A stretch of DNA of 64,000 bases, from NCBI RefSeq assembly GCF_018350175.1, contig NC_058368.1, positions 16,556,001 through 16,620,000 on the forward strand, given 5' to 3'. Below are positions 1 to 13,464 of the stretch, piece after piece. Position numbers and translations under genes: made by a program. Positions within the stretch are counted from its first letter, which is position 1, and every line of letters starts with the position of its first letter. This stretch comes from Felis catus. Its lineage: Eukaryota. The notes beneath the pieces were generated by a model that saw nothing but the letters and a program-made list of their open reading frames with translations, made no database searches and was not told the DNA's origin.

Positions 1-169
1 GGTTTGTGCTATTGCTTCATAGGAATTATTTTTAAACTCAGAGTAAAATGTCAGTTGCTTCTGCTCCTTATCATACATTTTTATCATGCTGTCTTCATCT
101 CTTAACTTTATTTTCTTACCCCTACTCATTATTTTCCTGCAACAACTTGTACAGCTTCTGTACTGCTCT

Positions 170-386
170 TTTTAAATGCTTATCCATTTATTTTGAGAGA
201 GAGAGAGAGAGAAAGAGAGAGAGCACACACATGTGTGCTAGTGGGGGAGGGGCAGAGAGAGAGGGACAGAGAATACCAAGCACAGAGCCTAACGAGGGTC
301 CAGACCCCATGAACGCAACCATGAGATCATGACCTGAGCTGAAATCAAAAGCGCTAGCTCAACCAACTGAGCCACCCAGGAGTCCC
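170..386 (-). mobile_element. Can-SINE (SINEC_Fc-like)
   Basis: T-rich tail, (GA)n linker and ...CTGAGCCACCCAGGAGTCCC, the reverse complement of the Can-SINE head. Confidence 0.93.
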
Positions 387-3180
387 TATACTGGTTCAGT
401 TTTAACTCATCGGACATTGTGAGTTTTGCTGGGATAAGCTATACATATGGCATTTGCCTAATGGAAGTACCAAAGCAACCTTCATACCATCTGGACATTT
501 AGTTGATTTAGTTGGTAATGTCTTTATAGCCAGTGACGATGAGCAGCTGAGAGATTTTCAAAGTGAAAAGGTTTTCTCTTCCTCCTCTGCCAAAGAGACA
601 ATGCTTCTTATGAGTAGTTCTTTCTTTATTCTTTCCCCTGGTTCTGGGAGATCACCTGACACTTTTAGGGGTAACTGTCAATCCATATTCATTGTTAGAA
701 ACGAGATATTTTCATCCTTTCAAGGTTTAGTGCCTCAACTGTAAGAAGAGTGTTTGGGCTGCATCTTTACAAGATTTGTTGTCGCCTTCTTTCAATGGCG
801 TTCTGCTTGGTCTCCATGCTTCCCATAATCCTTTATTCCATCAGCTTTCTGGGGTCTTAACTATTTTCTAATTTTAACAAAATTTTAGGTTGTAATTTAA
901 AAATTTTTCTTATTTCTTTATACTTTATCGAGGAAGAATAGGCTATCTCTAAATAGGAAATCCCCACAAAGCACTAAATAGTTACTGTAGATTATCCTTA
1001 AATATAATTTTCTATAATTGAGCTCCTGAATCATAGTATCTTAATATTTTTCATTCAGTAGGATACTATTTATCTTCATGTTATGTCTACATTTCCCTCA
1101 TAAATTCAGTACATTTAGATAAAATAGATAAGTGTTTTTTTTAATAACAATTTTCAAAAAAATTAGAGTATCAACTTCAACTTTTTACAACTCAAAATAC
1201 TCAGGTAAAGAGGACACCTGAATTTTTAACCTCACATTTGGACTTAAATAATATTTTCATGAATTCATGCTTAGCATAAAATCAATTATTGAACAAAAAA
1301 TTTTTTAAAGGCACAATTGCCTGATAGCCATAACTTACAGAGATGATAATTTGAAGAAAAGGCTTTAAATGAGTAAGATATGAAATTAATATTAGAAAAT
1401 AAGCATGACTGAGTATTGGAAATCAGAGCTACGCTGCTGGAATAATTGAATGTGACTTAAAGAGCTATATTGCCATTTCCCAGCAGGTAAAAGGAGTTCA
1501 GCACAACAGAGTTGAGGGATAGTTAATGAAAAAGTCAATATATTTCATGCTTCTACCCAAGGTGTTACTTTTCAAAAATCCAGTTACACCTAAAGGATTT
1601 ATAAACTTGAACGGTATTATCACCGATACTGTAATATTAGTCTGGATTATGTAAATATTAGCACAGTTTTCACCTAAAAGAAAAAAAAATGATTCATATA
1701 TGTTCTACATTGTTACCTGATTTTCAAAGATTCTGAGTACAATATTGATAAGATAATTAATTTTTTCACTTTTATACATTCTTCCAAATTCTGTTCCCAA
1801 TCCTAAGTTATGTGTTGTTTTTGAATACTTTAGGTCAGGTTTATTCTAACTTGGTTTTGACTGTTTTAAATGTTGTTATTTAAGGAAAGTTATTACTTAA
1901 TATATTGATAAAATAAAAACTTTACCCACTGAGTTTTAATAGAATTATGCTGCTGGTAGAGAGTTAAAAACAATCAAGCCATTTCAAGGAAATTATTTTC
2001 TACAAACTCTAAACCACAAAAACTGTCAAGCTGAGATAGGTTATATTCCTCGTCAGTTCCTAATTAAATTCTAAGACATTCAAGAATGTGTTCTTGTCAT
2101 ATTTCTTGTGTTAAGTTTTTTGCCTCGGAGCCCTCTCTTTGACATAGTTTCCATAATAGCATCGTTAGATAAATACAAAGTGACTGAGGATACACTTTTG
2201 TCTCTACCACATCTGGATCAATCCTGGATGAATCCTACTTTCTGATTTTTTTTTTTTTTTTACTTTTATATCCTATATATTGATTGCTGCTAGAGGAAAA
2301 AAAACAACACAAAAGAAAAGCTGCCTGCAAATATTTGGCACTACGGAACCCATCTTCTAGTGACAATTATCTTCTCAAAGTTGTTAGTCGACAGTACTTT
2401 TACTTGTTTTGGTCAGCCAACTTTCCATTCTCTTTGGTGTTTCTTGTAAGTTTTTAATTTTTTACTTATTGCCTCCTACGAATTACCACTCCTTCCTTCT
2501 CAGGAAGCAATGGAGCCTTCAGTTTCACTGTAAAACATGGTGTATGACTGTCCCATGTCCTCAATCCACAGCCTTCCCTCTCCCTAGTATTAGAGGTTTC
2601 GAGATGTTTCTTTCCTTAAAGGCAAAATGCTTTACCTATGTTCTTGTCCTAAATCTTGTTGCAATACTGACCTTTTCTTGCTCTTACATCTTGGCGATGG
2701 TGTGCAAACTCCACGGGTTTCTTATATGCTGTCACACCTCTTTCTTCTATGTCTTGCTAGCTATTGACAACACCCAAGATACTGGCAGGACTTGTACAGA
2801 AAGGAAGATGGTTACAGTGATTACAGCCAGTGATTAGAGCACAATTCACTGGACAGTTTGATATGACACTAACATGGAAAGCCAAAAGAAAATGGAAGAT
2901 AAATGTTTGTACCCTAGCCGCTCTCAAACTTATTTTTCAAATCAACACACAGGATGGATGGCATTCATATGTGTAGCATATCCCTACGCACAATTCCCAG
3001 GACATGATTTATTTATTAGGAGTGAAATTATTAGAGTAAATATAAATATGCTCTTATGTTTAATTGTACCTTTTCTGAACTCTGCTACTTTATATTTAAT
3101 AATGCATTATTTGCACCAAACTTCATATCTGATCACATAGGAATGCTACAACATTGAGATGGAGAACCATTGGTCCAGAT

Positions 3181-3305
3181 CAGTGGTCCTCAGTGTGTGC
3201 TCAGAAGCATCGACATCACCCAGGAACTTGTTAGAGATGCAAATTTCCACACTTTACCCCAGACCCACTGAGCCAGAAACTCTGGGGCATAACCTAGCAA
3301 CTTAA
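3181..3305. mobile_element. MER5A-like hAT-Charlie DNA transposon fragment
   Basis: CAGTGGTCCTCA... GGAACTTGTTAGAGATGCAAAT... CCCCAGACCCACTGAGCCAGAAACTCTGGGG resembles the MER5A core. Confidence 0.75.
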
Positions 3306-3769
3306 AGTGCTCTGATCTAGACGCTGGACAAAAAATGTTAAGAAGAAAACATTGAATTGTAAAGTCACACTGGCAGAGTTAAAGCCCTTGGATAGTCTAA
3401 ATAAAAACTGTCTTGCACTTAGTAATTACTCAGATACATGTCAGTTGAATGAAATAATTCAGATGCTTTGTTACATATTTTTTACAACAAAAAATTTAGA
3501 GTTTTTTTCTATTTGAAAAGTATCAAAATGATTCAGTTGTATGCAGTTTAACTATTCTGTGCCCTGACACAAATTAATATATAGGCAACGGACAATATCC
3601 ACTTTTCTCTGTGCCACATATTAAGTACATGTCTTTATTCTTGTATAGGGAGAAGCACTGAGAAGTTATGAATACATACAATAAGATTAATATTCCAGAC
3701 TTGCACATACTTGCTGCAAGGCCTTGAGACTTAAAGTCTCAGTGCCCTCACCCATGTATAGTGATCAAA

Positions 3770-3893
3770 AATACTCCCCATTTATAGAAGAAGAGACAGA
3801 AGCTTAAATTTAATCACTTATCCCAAATTGACACAGCTAGTTAGTGACAGAACTGAGGTATCTGGTAGGTCTGATGCCTGCTCTTAGCCACTG
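3770..3893 (-). mobile_element. MIR fragment
   Basis: CCCCATTTATAGAAGAAGAGACAGAAGCTT... CACAGCTAGTTAGTGACAGAACTG, reverse-strand MIR core. Confidence 0.7.
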
Positions 3894-4504
3894 TCAAGAT
3901 CTTGACAGACTTTCTCTCATAAGGCTCAAGTGAGAATTAAATTAGGTAATATGCAAAAATTAGATTAGGTAAACGCTGAATGCATTGAGCACATAATATG
4001 TGTTCAGTGAATATTAACCACTGGTAGCATTGGTATTATTGTTATTACTACTAGGCCAATACCCAGAATTCCCAAGGATTGCCACCAGCAGGATGCTTTG
4101 CTACCTTATAGCTCTACATGCTCTCTTCTGGAGCCTTCATGTGCTTTCTGTTCCATGACTCTCTCCCTTTAGAAGCATCCTTGCTCCACTGCAAAACAGT
4201 GGGGAGGACTTCAGCAGAAGCATGGGTTCCTGGTTTTCAGAACTTTACTCTGATCACATCTCGCTCTCTTCTTTAAAGCTTGCATGATATGGTTAGGGTC
4301 AAGGGCATTACTTGTTTCATAATGCAAGCATATCGAGTGTTAACCTAATCTTTAACCGTTAGAAAGAGAGCATGAGTTCAATGAAAACGTGACAATCGCT
4401 TGATTAGAAGCAACCTGTGAGCTATAATTCAATATCCATAATGAAGGTTCAGTAATAAATTATTAGCTATGATCCTGTACTTGATGGGAGCAGAGCATTA
4501 TTTT

Positions 4505-4710
4505 ATAGCCAGCATTGTGATAAGTAATTTTATGTATATCTTGCCAACTGCACCGTAAACTGGACATTTTTATCCTCAGTTTATAGATGAGAAACCAGAG
4601 GATCAGAGATATTAAGTAATGTACACAAGGCTATCCAGCTAGTGAATGCGAGGGTCAAGATTCCAACTGGGGTCTATGTAACATCAAATACGAGGCTTTT
4701 AATCACTTCC
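4505..4710 (-). mobile_element. MIR
   Basis: TTTATAGATGAGAAACCAGAGGATCAGAGATATTAAGTAAT... CAAGGCTATCCAGCTAGTGAATG. Confidence 0.78.
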
Positions 4711-5287
4711 TTCCACACGGCTCGGGTGGTTTAGCACAATTTAAATGACAGGCATTGTGAAAGCGTGTCATCATGGTATCATTTTTCTCAAATGCTGTTA
4801 ACCATAATATTCCATCAACCAGAACATTCCATCCTCCTAGGGTAATTTACTGTAAAATCAATCACATTTGAATCTGAAATATGATCTTTTTATTAGTTAG
4901 ATCATTAATAATTAATTCTCAGACAAATTTTACCTTAGGCAGAATTTTTGCAAGCAGAAAATAATACGCATTTTCTTTTGTCTTGAGGTTTTTGTTTCAC
5001 TCTACAACCTTGTCGACAGGTTATGTCAGTGAAAATTCTGGGAAGATAAATCAAATCAAATCAAATAGAGGTTGATTCCAGAAGAAACCACATCAATTAT
5101 TTAATTCCGCTTTTTTCATTGTTACTGTTGTCAGGTATCTGGTACTACAGGAAAAAAATATTTCTAGCTGCTTTAGACAACAGACTTAGAAAGTCAGTGC
5201 TTCAAATGAAGGGGCTGATTAACAATTAGGAATCTTTAAGGCACAAAGATATCAGAAGTGTTTACTTAAAAATGTTTAGGTTTTTCC

Positions 5288-6023
5288 TTAAAAAATTAAA
5301 ACTAAAACTGCCATAGGATGCAGAAATCTGACTTCTGGGCATATATCTAAAGGAAATGAACTGAGCATATCAAAGAACTACCTGCACTCTTATGATCATT
5401 GCAGCATTATTCAAACAGCAACCTATAGAAACCATCTAAGTGTTCATCAGTGGATGAATGGATAAAGAACATGTGCTATATTGATACAACGGGCTATTAT
5501 TCATCCATGAGAAAGAAGGAAATTCTGACATTTGAGAAAACGTGGATGGATCTTGAGGGTGTTATGCCAAGTGAAATAAGCCAGATAGAGAAAGACAAAT
5601 ACTGTATGGTCTCACATATGTGTGGAATCTAAAAACAGAGTCAAACTCATAAAAATCAGGAGTGGAAAAGTGGTTTCCAGGGCTTGTGGGGTGGAAGAGA
5701 GGAAAATAGAGAGAGATTGGTATAATGATATGTACTTTCAGCTATAAGATGAATAAGGTTTGAGGATCTAATGTATAACATGGTGAATATAGTTGATGAA
5801 AGTGTACTGTGTAATTAAATTTGCTGAAAGAGTAGAGGATAAATATTCTCATCAGAACAAAACAAAACAAAATAGAAAAGATAAATATGTATGATGGTGG
5901 ATATGTTAATTCTACATGGAAGGGATCTTTCCACAATGTATACACATGTCAAATCACCATTGTGTACATTCCAAATATCTTACACTTTTATTTGTCACTT
6001 ATATCTCAATAAGGCTGAAAAAA
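5288..6023 (+). mobile_element. Old L1 (L1MA/L1MB-type) ORF2 end and 3' UTR
   Basis: ORF 5450-5632 (MDEWIKNMCYIDTTGYYSSMRKKEILTFEKTWMDLEGVMPSEISQ) is the typical translation of the L1 3' region; ends with CTCAATAAGGCTGAAAAAA. Confidence 0.9.
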
Positions 6024-6500
6024 TTTAGACCGTTGCAATTATAAATTTGACTGGTATATGAAAATGAATGCTTAAAAGGGTAAACTTTGTAGGACAAATA
6101 TTTTAATGTGATTCTTTAGACACTTTTATTTTGATGTCCTACTATGAATGATAAGAGCCTAGTTCACTTACACCATCTCTTCTCATCCTTTTCTACTTCT
6201 TCTCTCTAATGATCTAATGATGACAATTATCTTATTATCTGCTTGAATCATATGAATTGCTGTGTGAAAAAATGATCAAATATAGGTAGTTTCAAATGGC
6301 CTAAACTATCGTATATTTTAGAGTACTATTAGTCAAATAATATTCATAAACTTATATTTAACATTCTCTTCTCATTTAACTTCCCCCTTCTGACTTCAGT
6401 GATCTGTAAATTTACTTATGCATTTTCAACTTGATGACATTCCTAGTAGGTCCCATCACCAAAGGTGATTTTCTATCTTTTGTCTAAAGTTTGACTTTAC

Positions 6501-6783
6501 ACAGAGAAAGACAAATGCCATATGATTAGATGAACATCTGGGAAGGGCGGGGAAGAGAGAGAGAGGGAAACAAACCATGAGAGACTCTTAAAGGTAGAGA
6601 ACAAACTGAGGGTTCATAGAAGGAGGTGGGTGGGGGATGGGCTAGAGGGGCAATGGGTGTTAAGGTGGGCACCTGTGATGAGCACTGGGTGTTGTAAGTA
6701 AGTGATGAATCACTGAATCTACTCCTGAAATCAATATTGTACTGTGTGTTAACTAAAATTTAAATAAAAATTAAAAAATAAAT
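6501..6783 (+). mobile_element. Carnivore L1 3' end, heavily 5'-truncated
   Basis: Aligns by eye with 9001-9310; A-rich tail; flanking direct repeat AGTTTGACT at 6488-6496 and 6784-6792. Confidence 0.9.
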
Positions 6784-7506
6784 AGTTTGACTCTAGTGTT
6801 AAAAACCAGTAAGGTTAATTTGCATAATAATAACCATATGAATACTGATCATTATAGAGTGAAGTTTTGGACCACCAGGAATCTCCCCTACAAAATCCAG
6901 ATTCATTCCTAGTGAAAAATTTTTTTTGGTACTCAAGTAAGTAATTCATCTTGAATCTAAAATTCAAAGACAGACCTACCTAATATTAATCACCACATAA
7001 GCAAAATTTTGTATCACTGGTTTGAGGTAAGGCATTACAAATACTTCAAAAATGATACAGAATAAAATGTAAAAAGTTGAAATTGTGCTCAATAACAGAC
7101 AAATTTATAGAGGGTCATAATAAGCAAGTGTATATTTAATCAAGAATATGCAAGAAAAAATTTTATATTATGCTAAACCTGTATGTAAACAGAAATACAA
7201 ATAGTCTAGCCATGAGCAGAAAGATAGGGAAAGGAACACTGAGATAACCACCTATGGAACACTATAACTAGAAGCAAGTGATGGAGACAATAAACTCTTT
7301 GCTATGAGACTTTGGGAAATTCCTGGTTTTCTCTATGCCTTATTTTTTTTTTCCTTTTTGGGAATAAATGTTGTAAGAAAGAAAAAAAGGTGATATGTTG
7401 GATTTCATCAAAATTAAAACATTTGCAGCAGGGAATTGATCGCATTTGCAACTGCACCAAAAATAATTAGATACCTAGGAATAAACCTAACAAAGAGGTA
7501 AAAGAT

Positions 7507-8700
7507 ATGTACTCTGAAAACTACAGAACACTTATGAAAGAAATGGAAGAGGACACAAAGAAATGGAAAAGCATTACATGCTCATGGATTGGAAAAACAA
7601 CCATTGTTAAAATGTCTATACGACCCAAAGCAATCTACATATTCACTGCAATTCGTATCAAAATACCAACAGCAGTTTTCACAGAGCTAGAACAAACAAT
7701 CCTACAATTTGTATAGAACCACAAAAGACCCCTAATAGCCAAAGCTATCCTCTAAAAGAAAAACAAAACTGGAGGCATCATGATTCTAGATTACAAGCTA
7801 TATTATAAAGCTCTGGTCATCAATATAGTACAGTACTTGCACAAAAACAGACACATAGATCAATGGAACAGAATAGAAAACCCAGAAATAGTCCCACAAC
7901 TATACAGTCAACTAATATTTGACAAAGCAGGAAAGAATATCCAATGGAAAAAAGACAGTCTCTTCAACAAATGGTGTTGGAATACTTGGCAGCAACATGC
8001 AGAAGAATGAAACTGCACCATGTTCTTACACCATACACAAAAACAATTCAAAATGGATGAAAGACCTAAATTTGGAACAGGAAACCATCAAAATCCTAAA
8101 GGAGAACACAGGCAGCAACCTCTTTGACCTTGCAGGAGCAACTTCTTATGAGACTTGTCTCCAGAGGCAAGGGAAACAAAAGCAAAAATGAACTATTAGG
8201 ACTTCATCAAAATAAAAAGCTTCTGCACAGTGAAGGAAACAATCAACAAGACTAAAAGGCAACCGATGGAATGGGAGAAGATGTTTGCAAATGACATATC
8301 AGATATAGGGTTAGTATCCAAAATCTGTAAAGAACTTATCAGACTCAACACCCAAAAAACAAATAACCCAGTGAAGAAATGGGCAGAAGATATGAATAGA
8401 CACTTTTACAAAGAGGACTCCCAGATGGCCAACAGACACATAAAAGATGCTCAACATCACTCATCATCAGGGAAATACATATCAAAACCATGAAGAGATA
8501 TCACCTCACACTTGTCAGAATGACTAAAATTAACAACACAAGAAACAACAGATGTTGGCAAGGATGTGGAGAAAGGGGAACCCTCTTGAACTGCTGGTAG
8601 GAATGCAAACTGGTGCAGGCACTCTGGGGAAGAGTATGGAGGGTCCTCAAAAAGTTAAAAATAGAACCTACAATCTAGCAATTGCACTACTAGGTATTTA
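7507..8700 (+). pseudogene. Disrupted L1 ORF2p C-terminal region (post-RT)
   Basis: Fragments [68 protein letters not shown] and [13 protein letters not shown] are classic L1 ORF2p; broken by stops and frameshifts. Confidence 0.95.
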
Positions 8701-8826
8701 CCTACAGGATACAAAAATGCTGAATTGAAGGGGCACATGCACTCCAATGTTTACAGCAGCACTACCAACAAGAGTCAAACTATGGAAAGGCCCAAATGTT
8801 AATACTGATGAAGGAAGAAGAGGATG

Positions 8827-8870
<44 letters not shown>

Positions 8871-8920
8871 GATATAGATAGATATAGATATAGATATAGA
8901 TATAGATATAGATATAGATG
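8827..8920. repeat. Compound microsatellite (AGAT)11 followed by (AGATAT)n
   Basis: Read directly; lies inside the L1. Confidence 0.97.
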
Positions 8921-10549
8921 ATATACCGTGGAATATATCTTGCCATTTGCAACAACATGGATGGAGCTAGAAAGTATTATGCTAGGCAAAATAAGTCAGT
9001 CAGAGAAAGACAAATACCATATGATTTTGCTCATATGTGGAATTTAAGAAACAAAATAGACATAAGGGAGGGGAGAAAAAGAGAAAGAGAGACAAACCAT
9101 GAGAGACTCTTAAAGATAGAGAACAAACAGGATTGATGGAGGGAGGTGGGTAGAGGATGGGCTAGAGGGGTGAAGAGTACTAAGGAGGGCACTTGTTATG
9201 ATGAGCACTGGGTGTTGTATGTAAATGATGAATCACTGAACTGTATACCTGAAACCAATTTTGCACCATATATTAACCAACTAGAATTTAAATAAAAAAT
9301 TGAAAAGAAAAAAAAATTAGAACATTTGCAAAGCAAATGTCAAGAAGATGACATGACAAGCTACAGACTTAAACAAAATACTGGCAAAGCATATCTGATA
9401 AATGACTAGCATTTAAATATACACAGAACTCTCAAAGTTCAACACTGAAAACAAAAACCAAAAGAAAAAACATCAGGTAATATGAAAAAGACGTGGAGAG
9501 ATACTCCACCGAAAACAACATACAGATGCAAGTAAGCACATAAGAGGTTTAACATCATTAGGCACTAGAGAAATTCAAATTAATACCGCAATGAGAAGTC
9601 ACTACCAGAGGAATGACTGAAACAAAAAATAGTAATGGCACCAAGGTAAGGATGCAACTTTATCCTATGTTTCCACACCCTTATCTGGTAAGGATATGGA
9701 AAAACTAGATCATTCATACCTTGTTGGTAAGAATGTAAAGTGGTACAGTCACTCTAAAAAATAGTTAAGCAGTTTTTTAAAAAACTAAATGTGCAACTAT
9801 CACATGACTCAACAATTACATTCTGGACACATTTCCTAGATAAATGAACACTTATATTCACGCAAAAATGCATACACAAAAGTTTCCAGCAGCATTATTG
9901 GTAATGACAAAAACGGACACAACCCAGATGTCCTGCAGTGGGTGGTGGATGGTTAAAATTGTGTGGTTCATCCACACTGTGGAATACTACCCATCAATAA
10001 AAAAGAACAAACTATTGATACACACAACAACTTGTATGAATCTCAAGGGCATTATCTTGAGTGAAAGAATCCAATCTCAAAAAGTCAAATATTGTATGAT
10101 TTCAATTATATTACATTCTCAAGAGACAAATTATAGTGATGGAAAAAAATGAATGGTTTCTAGGGGTTAGAGATGGTGTCTGTAAAAAAAAAGTAAAAAT
10201 ATAAATCAAGAAGCAGACCTTATAACAATAATATTTAAAATATCCTTGAAAAAGAGAAGGAAGATAAAAATTTGGTGATTCTTCCTGAAATTGACATTGA
10301 TAAGTAAGGGAAATAAATAAAAATGAAGGAATAAGGACACTGTGTTTCTTTAGGCATTGTGCAATTGGATTTAAAACCAGTCCTTAAAAATCAGTACCTT
10401 AGCAAGTACTATAAAACCTTAAAAGCCTTGAAAACATGGCGTCATGTGTATTAAGACCAAAAAACAAGAAAAACTAGAAGCTGGTTAGTAATTTACAGGG
10501 GTATACTGAGAAAATGCCTGAGATTTCAAACTTGCTTTACAGTGTAATT

Positions 10550-10780
10550 GTTGAAAGAGTTGGTTTTGGAATTTGTTGGGTTTGGGTTTAATTCAAGGCT
10601 ATATCACATACTAATTACATGACTTGGAAAGGCTGTTTTACCCATTCTAGGTCTTGAGTTTCTGTTTCTGTAAAATGGAGATCATGAAAGTTCTTATGAG
10701 GCTAATAAAATAAGACAATGTAAGTAAACCAATCAGCCCAGGGCCTGCCATAGGCTAATTACTCATTAAGTGTTAACCCA
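10550..10780 (+). mobile_element. MIR
   Basis: GAGTTTCTGTTTCTGTAAAATGGAGATCATG... GGGCCTGCCATAGGCTAATTACTCATTAAGTGTTA. Confidence 0.7.
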
Positions 10781-13121
10781 TGTTAATTTGCTATTATTTT
10801 CAGAAGAAAGTTGTAAAACTTCATTCTAGCCACTAGGAGAGCATCTTACACTTCCCACAGTCTTATCTGGTTGAAATCTCAGAATCATTAAAAGCCAGCT
10901 AGCCACTTAACATGATAATTGTGTGTTTTGGAGATTGCATTGTGACATTAAACTCCAATGCAGAATCACAAGAGATGAGAAAAAGATGCAAAGAAAAATT
11001 ATATGAGGTGTGTGGCTCTTCAGGAAACACTCAAGAAAATTGAACCCAGTAGGGTTAAAATCTCATCGACTTAAGGACTCAAAGAGGAGTTCAGTATTGA
11101 GGGTTTGACATTAGGTAGTTACAAAATTATGTCTTGAAATTGATGTTTACAAAGAAAAATATGTACAGTATACATTTTTTGGTTCTCAAAAACTTAAATG
11201 GAAAATCTTTAATGTACAAACTGCAAATCTTTAATTTATACACAGCAGAATCTATGGACAATTATGGTATATAAAGATAATAGACAATTTCTTCCTTGTC
11301 CACACCATTCTTGTTGCCTATAGAACACATGGTCTTAGTAGAGGGCATGTCAAGAAGTAGATGGGCCTTGAGAGCACCACTGAAAATACAATAAGCATAG
11401 TAGGCCCCTCCAACATCACACCTTAACCCCTATCCCATCATCTGGGGAAAAATAGATCCAGTTAAGAGATGATTGAAAGGTTACTGAAGTCATTTCCAAA
11501 ATAGCCTTCAAACAGATCAAGGAGGACTGTAAGAAAGTGTTGTTAGTCAGTAGTACAAATAAGAGAAAAGTGGAATGATGATTTTCTAGCAAGTCTATGC
11601 TATGTGTGGAGAAGAGGACATACTCAAGTCAAGAAGAATTAAGAACTAGAGTATTTGCTTCTTATAGGTCTGTGACATAGAAATGAGATGTTCCTCTGAG
11701 TCAAGTTTGTGAGACCCCCGACATCTGCTCTTTCCTTAAGGACTGTCTTGAGTTATAGACCCAAAGTCCTCAAAATGGTACCCTAAAACTTTTGGGGGAA
11801 GCTTGGTTACTTCCCTCTAGAAGTAAGTAATATCCCCCAGGATCTTGTCTGAAGTCCCACTGCTGTCCACTGCCTGGGTTTCCACAGTTACGTGAAATCC
11901 ATGGGCTTCCTGGCTAGGAGACTGGGTGTGCATCTGTGCAGGCTCAGTAGTTCAGTGGAAAAGTGCAGTGGAAAAGTGAAATCCCAGATCATTATACCTT
12001 TCAGCTTGTCCATGTTGTCATCCCAATGGTAAGAAAATCGTGTTTCATTCACACTAAGGACCACTAAGGGGAAAAAAAGTAATAAGCATTGATACCCATA
12101 ACAACTTGGATGAATCTGAGGGTTGGTGGCCAAGATGCTCCACTGGAAGATATGTCTGGCTTTAAGGTGGGTTCTCCCAAAGCTCAAAGACAGTGTATCT
12201 GCTGTTGACCATAAGATGAACTCCTTTCAATGGTGGAAGATGTAGTGCTGAGGACCATGGCATGAGATTTAGGGTTGAGGGACGAATTAGGAATGTCAGC
12301 CCAAAGGACAAACGCAGACCTCCCTTCTGAGACACAACTGACCAGTACTGAGTCTAGAATTTGGTCTAACTTCTCACTATTTTCTGAGCAAACCTTTATG
12401 CAGGCCATCCATCAGGGGCTCCTCCTTATATTTAAAGCCAATATTAAAGTAGAAGAGGCTGTGAAAAAAGATTTTCCAGCCCCCCAAAATTGAGCACTGA
12501 CAACTTTTGTCAGCCCAGAGCTGACACCATGTTGTGTTGGTATCCAATCGTGGTCAAGTCTATAATGGGAATTCATCATTCCCTCATCTACTCCATCTCT
12601 TTATCACAGATTAAAATTACAATGATGTTTAAAAAAAGACAAACGATGCACATCTCAGGGTAAGCAAGGTCTGATTTGGAGCAAATGAAAACAACTAGCA
12701 GATATATGAATCATATGCTGCAATGATATTGGTGATAAAATCAGATATAATGTCTCATAAGCAGGTTTGGATGATGTCAAGTTATATGATCTGATGTAAT
12801 ATAGTAACCTAGTACATCTGCAGAAACCAGGCTTAGGTAATTTTAACAGTAACAGTTATAACTATAACACAAACACCAGTGAGCAATAGCATTTTTATAA
12901 TGGACTTCAAGTGGAAGAAATGAACATTACTTAAAAAAACCACAGGCCTTAAAAAAATCTCACCTCAGTGCGAAGAGGTCAAATTGCTACCGTATTATAG
13001 CGCCTCTACTTTTAGTTCAGTTAATAATGTGTTTATCATTCAGTAAGAAAGAGCTATTAACTGGAATTTGATTATAATTGATTTTGTGCCAGATCAATTT
13101 ATTTAGAATTTATTATTTTAT

Positions 13122-13329
13122 TTTATTAAAAACATTGTTTTTAATATTTTATTTATTTTTGATAGAGAGCACAAGTGGGGGAGGGGCAGAGAGAGAAGGA
13201 GACACAGAATCTGAAGCAGGCTCCAAGCTGTCAGCACAGAGCCCGACGCGGGGCTCAAAGTCACAAACTGCGAGACCATGACCTGAGCCGATGTCGGACA
13301 CTCAACCGACTGAGCCACCCAGGCGCCCC
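13122..13329 (-). mobile_element. Can-SINE
   Basis: Ends CTGAGCCACCCAGGCGCCCC; 18-bp direct repeat TAGAATTTATTATTTTAT at 13104-13121 and 13330-13347. Confidence 0.97.
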
Positions 13330-13424
13330 TAGAATTTATTATTTTATATAAAATACTTTAGATGGTTGTTTAGTTGCTAATGTCAAAGACTTGCTAATTC
13401 TGTAAGAATAATATTACTTCTGCA

Positions 13425-13463
<39 letters not shown>

Positions 13464-13464
13464 A
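13425..13464. repeat. (TAAA)10 microsatellite
   Basis: Read directly. Confidence 0.97.

Larger units (their letters stand above)
7428..9312 (+). mobile_element. Carnivore L1, 5'-truncated (~1.9 kb)
   Basis: ORF2 C-terminal fragments, carnivore-type 3' UTR and A tail; TSD AAAATTA(A/G)AACATTTGCA at 7410-7427 and 9313-9330. Confidence 0.95.
7385..10190 (+). mobile_element. Old L1M (L1MB/L1MC-type) ORF2 end and 3' UTR, interrupted by a younger L1
   Basis: GGATTTCATCAAAATTAAAACATTTGCA continues after 9330 as degraded L1; ORF 9844-10152 resembles the L1 3' region. Confidence 0.8.

Noticed and set aside
454..744. 96-aa ORF in unique-looking sequence
   Set aside because: Non-ATG start, no recognisable homology and no convincing splice sites; origin unresolved.
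2409..3140. ORFs of 142 and 88 aa
   Set aside because: Composition typical of T-rich non-coding DNA, with no recognisable motif.
8698..8989. Repetitive YI/YLSI ORFs
   Set aside because: Translation of the (AGAT)/(AGATAT) microsatellite.
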